Assembly (NCBI GenBank): GCA_037137535.1
Contig: JBAXKC010000029.1
Location: 1-31,013, forward strand
DNA length: 31,013 nucleotides
Source of the DNA: a bacterium
GTDB taxonomy: Bacteria > Cyanobacteriota > Vampirovibrionia > Gastranaerophilales > JBAXKC01
Direction: 5' to 3'
In this document: in pieces, positions 9,340 to 17,640 of the stretch
Position numbering within the stretch: the stretch's first letter is position 1
Layout: every line of letters begins with the position of its first letter
The notes under the pieces: model-generated
What the model was told of the DNA's origin: nothing
What the model saw: the letters and a program-made list of their open reading frames with translations, nothing else
The model's database searches: none
Made by a program: the position numbers and the translations under genes

Positions 9340-9417
9340 AATTATCCTCCTCAGAATTAAATCTCTTATTATTATAAAAACATTTCATTCTGTTTAATTG
9401 CCATGTGAATTCTGTAT

Positions 9418-9705
9418 TTAAGATTTTTTAAACCTTGGAAATATTATAACAAGGGCTGTTACCGCTATTAAGGCAAGTGTTCCAATAAATAAATTCGCTA
9501 TTTTCTGAAAGTTTTTAATTTTATGTTTTTTATCTTCATAACCTTGTAAATATGATTGAGAATAAGTGTCAGCAAACTCTGTTACATCTATATTAGAAGA
9601 TAAGGACGTTTTTTTGGCGTAGCTTTGAGCATAATCAACTGTTTGTTGGTAATGCTCCTGTTTTTTAAAATCTTTAGTATTAAAATTTGCTGATGTTAAT
9701 TTCAT
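9418..9705 (-). CDS. Small hypothetical protein with C-terminal transmembrane helix
   Basis: 95 aa; IANLFIGTLALIAVTALVIIF followed by a basic tail; starts 5 nt after the upstream gene's stop. Confidence 0.65.
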   Translation of the reverse strand: MKLTSANFNTKDFKKQEHYQQTVDYAQSYAKKTSLSSNIDVTEFADTYSQSYLQGYEDKKHKIKNFQKIANLFIGTLALIAVTALVIIFPRFKKS

Positions 9706-9710
9706 ATATT

Positions 9711-10037
9711 TTAAGCAATCTGATTGCTTGACATAAACTTACTTGGAATATTGTCTTCACCTTCTTCATATCCGATTTGATGACCTTTTATGAAGCCTTC
9801 TTCGACTCCTTTTTGGTAGCCATCTTCAAAACCTTTATTAAATCCGGCCATTATACCTTCTTTATAGCCTTTATCATAAGGATTTTCTTTCTTTGAAAAC
9901 CACATGGCGGGAACAGCTTGTTGAGGATTGGCAGTTGCAGAATTTATTTGAGCTTGAGCAGTTACAGGTGTTTGTTTAACCTGTTGATTTTGCTTAAAAG
10001 CCATTGGATTGTATGAAGAGAATCTATTTATATTCAT
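9711..10037 (-). CDS. Small protein with (GxxxG)n repeat (FliH/Yae1_N-like helix)
   Basis: Ten glycines at exact 4-residue spacing: YDKGYKEGIMAGFNKGFEDGYQKGVEEGFIKGHQIGYEEG. Confidence 0.7.
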   Translation of the reverse strand: MNINRFSSYNPMAFKQNQQVKQTPVTAQAQINSATANPQQAVPAMWFSKKENPYDKGYKEGIMAGFNKGFEDGYQKGVEEGFIKGHQIGYEEGEDNIPSKFMSSNQIA

Positions 10038-10338
10038 ATTTTTTCATCAATTAAACTGCGACACTTATACTAAAACAAAAGACAAAAATTAATTTACTGA
10101 ATAATTTTATAATAAAAAATATGATAAGTCATAAGGTAAAGAGTAATATGAAATTGAATTTACAGATTCGATTTAAATTGGCATGGGTGACTTTTGTATT
10201 TGGATTTAAGTTTTAATTATGATTTGTAAACTTTTTTAAACTTTTCTTTGGGATTTATCAATCTTAATTTTTTAGCGACTTAATAAAATAAATCCATAGT
10301 CAGATTGTTATGATTGGATGTAAGAAGAGGTTTGAATA

Positions 10339-11664
10339 ATGGTAAATTTGAATCCCGTTAGTTTTAAAGGGATATATGGAACGGTAAAAACAACTGATGG
10401 TAAAACTAAGAAGCTAGAGGACATTAAACCTGAATTAAAACAAGAAGGCAGTATTTTAACGATTGGGCCAGATTCAAAACTGATAATTGATGCCTTAAAA
10501 GGCTACAACTCAATCGAATCTGTTAAAATCACAAAAGTAGATAAGAACAGTACGCTTGTTCTTGATAATTCAAATGAAATAGTTCCTGATATTGAGATAG
10601 AAAATACTGATAATGCTTATGTTGACTTGCTGGGTAATTCAACAGCTAAAATAACAGGAACGGCTAAAGATAGTCAGATAAATGTTTCAGACAATTCAAA
10701 ACTTAATGTTGAAAAGTCTTTAGATACTCATGTTTCTCAATTTGGCGGTGAGCTTAATATTGATACTTTGAGCAGTAATTATCCAATTCCTGAATATGAT
10801 AAAAAACATACAATTAAGAAATATGCCTATAATAATCCTGTTGATGAAGATACAGTAAGAAGAGAAGGTGTAAATAGAGTAGAATCAACTATTAAAGATG
10901 CAAAAGAAGAGGTTAAGTTTGATACTGATTTTGCTAAAGGAAAATTAAGGGAATATTTAACTTCTCATAGTACAGTTGTTGTTTCCGGTGAAAATTCAAT
11001 TGCTAATGTTAAAAATGCAGAAAACGGAACATTAATTCATCATGCAAATGAGAAATCAGAAGTAACTGTTAATAATCTTGAAAAAGGAAGTAAACTTATT
11101 GCTCCTGGTAGATATAGCGAAAAGAATATTGATATAAAAAAATTAATTGCTTCATTAACGGATAGACAGTTTGAAGATAGTATTAGAGATTTATGTAAAA
11201 AAGAAGCTAGACATACTCTTGGAAAAATGAATAATAGAAATGAAAAAGATCAATTAGTCAATGAAATGGTGGAGACAAGGCTTACAAAAGTTGAAGATCA
11301 TAAACGAGTAAAAAAACAAAGATCGGAAGTTTCCATAAGTCAGGAAGAAGCTGGAATTATTATTGATTTTAACAGATTGGATCCTGCAAAATTCTCAAAT
11401 GGAATGGACAATAATGAAGCATCTGAATACAAAAAAAATCACGTTAAAAATAATAATGGTGGTGAAATTATAAGCAATACTAAATATTCCTATCAACGAG
11501 TCGGTAATACTTATGATGATAGTGACGATAATGTAGATAGAAATTATTTTGCTTATCGAAATAAAAGAGATGCAGTGCAAGTAGATTCTTATAATCTTGA
11601 ACCATTTACTAACAGGAGAGATTATGAGGAAAAATATAAAGCAGGATATGACGAACCTGTATAG
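10339..11664 (+). CDS. Hypothetical protein, probable beta-solenoid segments
   Basis: 441-aa ORF, RBS AGAGG, own terminator; repeated short beta-like units (NSTLVLDNS, NSTAKITG, DSQINVSDNSKLNV). Confidence 0.75.
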   Translation: MVNLNPVSFKGIYGTVKTTDGKTKKLEDIKPELKQEGSILTIGPDSKLIIDALKGYNSIESVKITKVDKNSTLVLDNSNEIVPDIEIENTDNAYVDLLGNSTAKITGTAKDSQINVSDNSKLNVEKSLDTHVSQFGGELNIDTLSSNYPIPEYDKKHTIKKYAYNNPVDEDTVRREGVNRVESTIKDAKEEVKFDTDFAKGKLREYLTSHSTVVVSGENSIANVKNAENGTLIHHANEKSEVTVNNLEKGSKLIAPGRYSEKNIDIKKLIASLTDRQFEDSIRDLCKKEARHTLGKMNNRNEKDQLVNEMVETRLTKVEDHKRVKKQRSEVSISQEEAGIIIDFNRLDPAKFSNGMDNNEASEYKKNHVKNNNGGEIISNTKYSYQRVGNTYDDSDDNVDRNYFAYRNKRDAVQVDSYNLEPFTNRRDYEEKYKAGYDEPV

Positions 11665-11676
11665 TCTTAAATAGAT

Positions 11677-11707
11677 AAAAATGCGAGTAATAAAACTCGC
11701 ATTTTTT
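11677..11707 (+). terminator. Intrinsic terminator
   Basis: AAAAATGCGAGT-aataaa-ACTCGCATTTTT. Confidence 0.85.
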
Positions 11708-11749
11708 ATACTAATTTAACTAATTTTTTGATAATATTTAAAATTTTTC

Positions 11750-11941
11750 AAAATAGAGTTAAGAACCACTATCCACAAGTGGTTTGCTTCTTTTCTCAAG
11801 AGTTACTTTGTGTGAAATTATTCAAGGAGTAAGAAGAGAAGCCAGTAGCGGGTAGATGCACTATCTTTTTGTTTTTGGTTACTTTTTATTTTTTAAAAAA
11901 TAAAAAGTAACTCAATGGCTTTAGGCATAGAAATTTTCTTG
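11750..11941. repeat. Dispersed structured repeat, copy 2 (long form with extra hairpins)
   Basis: Same three blocks as 5293-5392. Hairpins AACCACT/AGTGGTT, GCTTCTTTTCT/AGAAGAGAAGC and GGTAG/CTATC, plus a perfect 34-bp palindrome at 11878-11911. Confidence 0.75.
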
Positions 11942-12060
11942 TGTTAAGGGCTTTGAGAGCGGATGAAAGAAGTATTTTGTTGGATAGTTATATTAACATT
12001 ATTGACCGAATAACTGTTTGAACTTATCTGATATTTTTTAATGTTTTGACATTAAGGGTT

Positions 12061-13030
12061 TTAGTCAAATTTTTTATTCGATGAATTCTGTTTATTGTCA
12101 TAGCAGGGTTGTTGATTCATTATCAATGGTATGCTCGTTTCTATTCATAAACTTCATTGCTTCTATTGCCTTATAAGGCTCAAATCCTGCATCATATAAA
12201 TTAAAGCATATTTATCGGCTTCATGTTCGATTTGTCTTGATACAGATAGTATTTCATCTTCTTTGTTTTGTTTGAAGTTTGTTAAATATTCTGTTTGAGC
12301 TTTATCATTTATGCTTTTTCGAGCTGTTTTCATAACTTTTTCCATACGTGATGAATATTTTAAATTATTATTAGCCAGCTCATGTGCTACTACAAAGGCT
12401 AATACTGAAATATTCCCTGCATAGCTGTCATATAAAACAGGATAAATTAGGAGTTACGCAAAATTGTTTAAGAGCTAACTCTATTGGATTGTAGCGATGC
12501 CTAAACCTAAATGAATCCTATAGCTAGTATTGCGACTACTACTGCATATATAAAACCATGGTTATTTATTCAAAAAACTAGAGTTATATTCTAAATTTTC
12601 ATAAAAAACTCTAAAAATAATCTCTTTTTGAAGCAAAACTCATTATGGTTAATGGTCAAAGTACTCATTGTGAGATTCATTTAAGCACAGCTATTAAAAT
12701 AAGACTTTATTTTCAGCAGTTTTGATACTTTGCGTAACTCCTGATTATTATTAAATTTCTATCTGAAGCCACAGCATTAAATTCATCATTTTTAACAGGC
12801 ACATATATTCGCTATAGAATATTGTCAAGTTTATTTACACTAATAAGTCTTTCAGTTTTTCTATATAAAGTATAATTGTATTTATTTGATTCCGTTTCAT
12901 ATTTTTGATATAAATAAGTTTCTTTATTCTAATTTATTGTTTTTACTTGAGGTTTTAAAATTTTTTTTGGAGCAGTAATTATGTTATTTATAAACATTAA
13001 AGAAAATGCTAAAATTAATAAAAATCTCAT
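12061..13030 (-). pseudogene. Degraded M48-family metallopeptidase gene interrupted by a MITE
   Basis: Manual translation from ATG 13030: signal-like MRFLLILAFSLMF; in-frame TAGs at 12929-12931 and 12812-12814; DEFNAVASDRNLII|IYPVLYDS...LAFVVAHELAN; SRQIEHEADKYA; then frameshifted AGFEPYKAIEAM and EST/NPAM..NRI. The 3' boundary is approximate. Confidence 0.85.
12448..12743. mobile_element. 296-bp MITE (non-autonomous transposon)
   Basis: TIRs (T/C)AGGAGTTACGCAAA; AT dinucleotide on both flanks; removing the element plus one AT restores the M48 reading frame; symmetric internal IR TAAATGAATC (12508-12517) / GATTCATTTA (12674-12683); no transposase ORF. Confidence 0.88.
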
Positions 13031-13156
13031 TATTTTTTCCATAATTAACCATATTAATTATATAGGAAAAATTTAATATGATTCTGATTTTATTTAAGCC
13101 TATTTGTTTTAATTTTGTAATATATTAAATAGGTTGGAGCTTTAAAGGATTTAAGT

Positions 13157-13819
13157 ATGAAAAAGTTTATTTTAGTCGGATTAATGTCCTTACTTTTTGT
13201 TAACTCATCTTTTGCTAATGAACCGTCTGCTCATGTTAAACAAATCAGTGCTGATGAAGCATTTAACCGTTTAATTGACGGAAATAAAAGATTTGTAAAA
13301 TTAAAATTAATGCACCCTGATGAATCTAATAAAAGAAGACATGAGCTTGCCTCAGGGCAACATCCTATTGCTATAGTGTTAAGTTGTTCAGATTCAAGAG
13401 TTCCTCCTGAGTTATTATTTGATCAAGGTCTTGGTGATTTGTTCATAATAAGAGATGCAGGAAATGTTGCTGATGATGTGGTAATAGGAAGTCTTGAATA
13501 TGCAGCGGGGCATTTAAATGTTCCTCTTGTAATTGTACTTGGACACGAAAAATGCGGAGCAGTTACAGCAGCAGTTGATGGACATGCCGACTCTGAACAC
13601 ATAGAAAAAATATTAGACCAGATTAAACCAGCTGTAATTACTGCAAAAAAAGAACAGGGTGATTTAATCGATAATACTGTAAGAGAAAATGTTAAATATG
13701 TAGTTGATGAAATTAAAAATTCAAATCCTGTATTAGCAAAAAAATATAAAAATGGTGAATTAAAAGTAGTTGGAGCATATTATCATCTTGAAGACGGTAA
13801 AGTTGAATTACTTAAATAA
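13157..13819 (+). CDS. Beta-class carbonic anhydrase with N-terminal signal peptide
   Basis: LIDGNKRF, GQHP, CSDSRVPPE, GDLFIIRDAGN and HEKCGAV zinc-ligand motifs; signal peptide ending SFA. Confidence 0.93.
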   Translation: MKKFILVGLMSLLFVNSSFANEPSAHVKQISADEAFNRLIDGNKRFVKLKLMHPDESNKRRHELASGQHPIAIVLSCSDSRVPPELLFDQGLGDLFIIRDAGNVADDVVIGSLEYAAGHLNVPLVIVLGHEKCGAVTAAVDGHADSEHIEKILDQIKPAVITAKKEQGDLIDNTVRENVKYVVDEIKNSNPVLAKKYKNGELKVVGAYYHLEDGKVELLK

Positions 13820-13822
13820 AAA

Positions 13823-14947
13823 TCAAAATATAAATAGATCGCTGGTTATTTTATTTAAATATTTGCTCATTTGTGGCAAGGTTTTTAGGGTCTGCATTAA
13901 ATAAGTCGGACTAAGCACAGTTAAAATAATTAAATCTGGATTTAATTGATCAATTTCGTCAATAGAATATACTGAATAATTTTTAAATGTAGGGGCTTTA
14001 TTGTTTGCATTACCATCAATAAAGCCGACTACATTTAATTTTGAAAAATCAAACTTACCGAGTAATTTCTCGGCAAAAGCACCTGCACCATACAAACATA
14101 TTTTTTTATCTTTATTTTTATCAACAAATTCATTGAATTTATCTTCAATTTCAATCGCTTCAAGTTTATTTTCTGTAACTTTATCTAAATGAAAGAAAAT
14201 TAGCGGAATTTCTGCAATTTTTAAGTCTTGTTCCTGTAGTTTTTTATAAACAAAAAGAGCAGTTAATCGTTCCCCTAAAAATCCAAAAACTCTTTTATGA
14301 AATGGATCAGTAGAAATTTCTATCTTTTTTTCAACATTAAATAAAATGTTAAACAAAAACTCCATATATTCTTCAAATAAATCCCATTTCATAATAAAAA
14401 TATTATATAAATGTATTTCATTTTGAGAATACAACTCTGTAGCTGTTTTACTATATTGTGGATAAAGTTCATTAATTGTTTCAATTAAAGCATCCCATTC
14501 TTTTTCCGGATGATAAAATTTATACTGCTGTTCGACCGTAAATCTTTCTAAATTAACTTTTTTGGGCAAAATAACATCGTATTTACTAATTAAATCAGTA
14601 ATAAACTCGTTATTATTATATCCGTATTTATCAAAAACGGATTTATTTATATTTTTTTCAGTAAATAAGGCAGATTTATTATTAATTTTATTGAAAGCAA
14701 AATGCCTTCTGTAATGACAAAATCCTACATAATCGCTTTTGATATTATTTTTCCAAATGTTATACATTGCAGTAAGTTCACAATAGTTTGGATTTTTATT
14801 AGAAATATTTTCACCTTTATCATCAGAAAGCATCTGCAATTTTTTTGAAGAAACAGCACTTCCCGCCTGAATTGGGAAGATTAAATCATTTTGATAATCG
14901 CCAAAATCGTTATGGCAAACCGAATAAATTTTTACAGAAGTCAACAA
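13823..14947 (-). CDS. DUF4422-family glycosyltransferase with C-terminal Rossmann-like domain
   Basis: DDKGENISNKNPNYCELTAMYNIWKN, DYVGFCHYRRHF and RVFGFLGERL motifs; C-terminal ICLYGAG...VVGFID; TTG start after GGAGG. Confidence 0.85.
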   Translation of the reverse strand: MLTSVKIYSVCHNDFGDYQNDLIFPIQAGSAVSSKKLQMLSDDKGENISNKNPNYCELTAMYNIWKNNIKSDYVGFCHYRRHFAFNKINNKSALFTEKNINKSVFDKYGYNNNEFITDLISKYDVILPKKVNLERFTVEQQYKFYHPEKEWDALIETINELYPQYSKTATELYSQNEIHLYNIFIMKWDLFEEYMEFLFNILFNVEKKIEISTDPFHKRVFGFLGERLTALFVYKKLQEQDLKIAEIPLIFFHLDKVTENKLEAIEIEDKFNEFVDKNKDKKICLYGAGAFAEKLLGKFDFSKLNVVGFIDGNANNKAPTFKNYSVYSIDEIDQLNPDLIILTVLSPTYLMQTLKTLPQMSKYLNKITSDLFIF

Positions 14948-15098
14948 CGCTTTCCTCCAAACTATTTCGATTGAAGTTTAGCATATTAAAAATTAGCCTT
15001 CAAGTAAAATTACTATAAAATATAAACAAATAGAGATATACATTTCAAGCAGTATAGATTAAAATATATTGATAGATAAAAGTTAATAGGATGTCATC

Positions 15099-15446
15099 AT
15101 GGCAGATAAAATTGACGAAAAAATAATTAATATATTTGCACGACATAAAAAACAATATCCTGATTTATGTGATGAAAAAATAGTCAGATGTGAAAACGGC
15201 TATTATTATGTATGTTTAAAAAAAGACGATCATGACCACTATTTTAATTCGGAAAAAATTCTGCAACAAAGAAAACACTGGTACTATATAGTTAAAGTTA
15301 TGATTGAAACCAACGATAATCCGATTATCCACAATTATAAAGTAGCAGGCGATAAAATTAACGAGTTTTTAGCCTTATACCTCACAAATCAACGTGAAGG
15401 AATAATAGTGGAAATTGACAAATATGGATACGATGAACCTGCTTGA
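15099..15446 (+). CDS. Hypothetical protein
   Basis: 115-aa ORF, AGGA RBS, terminator overlapping the stop. Confidence 0.65.
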   Translation: MADKIDEKIINIFARHKKQYPDLCDEKIVRCENGYYYVCLKKDDHDHYFNSEKILQQRKHWYYIVKVMIETNDNPIIHNYKVAGDKINEFLALYLTNQREGIIVEIDKYGYDEPA

Positions 15447-15459
15447 GCAGGTTCTTTTT
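15435..15459 (+). terminator. Intrinsic terminator overlapping the stop codon
   Basis: GAACCTGCT-tg-AGCAGGTTC then TTTTT. Confidence 0.7.
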
Positions 15460-15525
15460 GTTTTCATTTAATTGCAACCCTTGAGTGGGTAAAGTAAACA
15501 ACGGTATTTTATAGGAGACCTGACA

Positions 15526-16551
15526 ATGAAAAAGATTAAAGCGGCATTCTTTGATATTAGAGAATTTGAAGTAAAACATATAGATGAAGTGAGTGCAGAT
15601 TATTTAGAATTAGTGAAAATTAATGAACCATTTCAAAATGAATTTGATAACAGATTAGATGATATTAAAGATATTGAAATTTTATCGGTATTTACCACCT
15701 CAACGGTTATAGCGGACTCATTAAAAAAACTCCCGAATTTAAAATTAATAATTACTCGTTCAACAGGTTTTAATCATATTGACAGTGATTATTGTAAACA
15801 AAATAATATAATCCTGGCTAATGTAGCAGGTTACGGAGAAACGACAGTTGCAGAATTTGCATTTGGGTTACTTTTAACTGTAATGAGAAAAATAACTCAT
15901 GCTTATAATTCATTACAAAAAAGAGTGATTAATATTCATGGATTTATGGGAAATGATTTATTTGGTAAAACTATCGGTGTCATTGGAACAGGTGCGATAG
16001 GTAGTCATTTTATACAAATATCCAAAGGTTTCGGGATGAATGTTATAGCTTCTGATCCTTATCCAAAGCAGGCATTAGTTGATAAATTTGATGTAAAGTA
16101 TGTATCACTTGAAGAACTATATAAGCAATCTGATATTATAAGTGTTCATTGCCCAGGGACTAAAGAAAATCATCATTTATTGAGCAATGATCAATTTGAT
16201 CAGATGAAAGAAGGCGTAATTATAATTAATACTGCAAGAGGTGAGCTTATAGATACAGATGCTTTGTATAAAGCCGTTACCGCAGGAAAAATTGGCGGAG
16301 CAGGTTTAGATGTACTTGAATGTGAAGATATTCTTATGCAGGAAGATAAATATTTATTAAAAATAGATTGTATTAAAGAAGATTGCCTGAGAAAAACTTT
16401 ATTGAATCATAAGCTGTTAGAGCTTGATAATGTTGTAATAACTCCACACGTTGCTTATGACACAATAGAAGCGGTGAACAGAATTCTTGATAAAACATAT
16501 GCAACAATAGATAAATTTTATAAAGGTGAGGAAATTAAATCTGTCTATTAA
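15526..16551 (+). CDS. D-isomer-specific 2-hydroxyacid dehydrogenase (D-lactate dehydrogenase-like)
   Basis: TRSTGFNHID, VAEFAFGLLL, GKTIGVIGTGAIG, INTARGELID, GLDVLECE and ITPHVAY motifs. Confidence 0.92.
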   Translation: MKKIKAAFFDIREFEVKHIDEVSADYLELVKINEPFQNEFDNRLDDIKDIEILSVFTTSTVIADSLKKLPNLKLIITRSTGFNHIDSDYCKQNNIILANVAGYGETTVAEFAFGLLLTVMRKITHAYNSLQKRVINIHGFMGNDLFGKTIGVIGTGAIGSHFIQISKGFGMNVIASDPYPKQALVDKFDVKYVSLEELYKQSDIISVHCPGTKENHHLLSNDQFDQMKEGVIIINTARGELIDTDALYKAVTAGKIGGAGLDVLECEDILMQEDKYLLKIDCIKEDCLRKTLLNHKLLELDNVVITPHVAYDTIEAVNRILDKTYATIDKFYKGEEIKSVY

Positions 16552-16582
16552 TTATAAATAAATCTATTTATGAACTAAAACT

Positions 16583-16627
16583 TTTAACGTGTATTTTTTT
16601 TGTGATATAAAAAATGTACACGTTAAA
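16583..16627. promoter_or_regulatory. Inverted repeat (terminator or operator) just upstream of the 16651 gene
   Basis: TTTAACGTGTA...TACACGTTAAA, 11-bp arms with an inner T-run/A-run. Confidence 0.5.
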
Positions 16628-16650
16628 TTAGTATAGTAATAGGAAATAGT

Positions 16651-17028
16651 ATGAATAATCTAAATCTTTCTCATCAAACACAACACAATACCGCTTTTCA
16701 AGGTGGAATTAAACTACCAAAAAAAGCAATAGCAACTGCTACAGCTGTTATGCTTAATTTGCCTTCAGCAGGAGTTGCTATTGCAGAAAAAGCTCCGAAG
16801 GCTGATATATGTGAATTAGGCGGAAAAATTGTTAATGTAGTTCCTGCTTCTAATAGAGGATTTTTCACAAATGTTGCAGAAAAAATCAGGTTAATTCAAG
16901 TAGATGCAGAATTGAGAAGACAAGAAACTAAGGCAGAGGCATGTCTTAAAAAGAACTCGCAAGAACTTCAGCAAATACAAAAAGTTTTAGATGATCAAAT
17001 CAAAAAAGCTTTTAAATCGCATGGTTAA
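16651..17028 (+). CDS. Hypothetical protein; polar leader followed by a signal-peptide-like segment
   Basis: 125 aa, AGGA RBS, followed by a bidirectional terminator. Confidence 0.65.
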   Translation: MNNLNLSHQTQHNTAFQGGIKLPKKAIATATAVMLNLPSAGVAIAEKAPKADICELGGKIVNVVPASNRGFFTNVAEKIRLIQVDAELRRQETKAEACLKKNSQELQQIQKVLDDQIKKAFKSHG

Positions 17029-17060
17029 TTTAAGATTTTGATAAAAATATTTTACACACT

Positions 17061-17094
17061 AAAAAACTCCTTATTTCAAAATAAGGAGTTTTTT
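17061..17094. terminator. Bidirectional intrinsic terminator
   Basis: AAAAAACTCCTTATTT-ca-AAATAAGGAGTTTTTT between convergent genes. Confidence 0.88.
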
Positions 17095-17113
17095 AAATTT
17101 AAAGGATTAAAGC

Positions 17114-17392
17114 CTATCTTGCAGGTAATGTACCATTATTTACATGAGCTGTAAGTCTTGATTTTTTTCTTGCAACTGTATTTTTGTGCATAACACCTTT
17201 AGAAACTGCTTTATCTAAATATTTGTAAGCGTTGTTTAAAGCTGCTGTGATAACTTCTTTTTCGCTGTTAGCTTTAATAGCATCTAAAACTTTTTTAACT
17301 GCTGTTTTAACTGAAGATCTAACTGCGATGTTTTTTAGTCTGTTACGCTCTGTAACTAAAACTCTTTTCTTTGCTGATTTAATATTAGCCAA
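17114..17392 (-). CDS. rpsT: 30S ribosomal protein S20
   Basis: MANIKSAKKR...RSSVKTAVKK...DKAVSKGVMHKNTVARKKSRL; TTG start after AGGAG. Confidence 0.97.
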   Translation of the reverse strand: MANIKSAKKRVLVTERNRLKNIAVRSSVKTAVKKVLDAIKANSEKEVITAALNNAYKYLDKAVSKGVMHKNTVARKKSRLTAHVNNGTLPAR

Positions 17393-17640
17393 TTTTATTA
17401 ACTCCTGTGATGTTTTACTATTTAAACACTTTTTGAGGATATGGATGAGACACCATGAAATTATATTACATAAACTGTTAAAGTAAACCTGATTATTAAA
17501 ATTAATAATAAAACTTAAACAAACTCAAAATACTTATTTTTAAAACTTTATAGCCAAAAAATTTATTATTAGATATACTATATTAATGAAATTAGGCGAT
17601 AAAAATACATTTATTACATAATTAAGGCAGTTTAACAGGT

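Noticed and set aside
9711-10037. Calling the GxxxG protein FliH
   Set aside because: Only 108 aa, lacks the FliH C-terminal domain, and has no flagellar genes nearby.
9393-10201. Loose similarity between 9393-9419 (TTTAATTGCCATGTGAATTCTGTATTT) and 10172-10201 (TTTAAATTGGCATGGGTGACTTTTGTATTT) as a shared promoter or sigma-54 site
   Set aside because: Needs gaps in AT-rich DNA, and the TGGC is not followed by a correctly spaced -12 GC; too weak to call.
5293-11941. Structured repeats as a CRISPR array or integron attC sites
   Set aside because: Only two copies 6.4 kb apart, no regular spacers, no cas or integrase genes, and no matching RYYYAAC/GTTRRRY pair.
12163-12345. 60-aa ORF as an independent gene
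   Set aside because: It is an internal fragment of the M48 pseudogene.
12812-12931. TAG read-through or recoding in the M48 gene
   Set aside because: The same gene also has a MITE insertion, frameshifts and a lost zinc ligand, and TAG terminates normal genes in this window.
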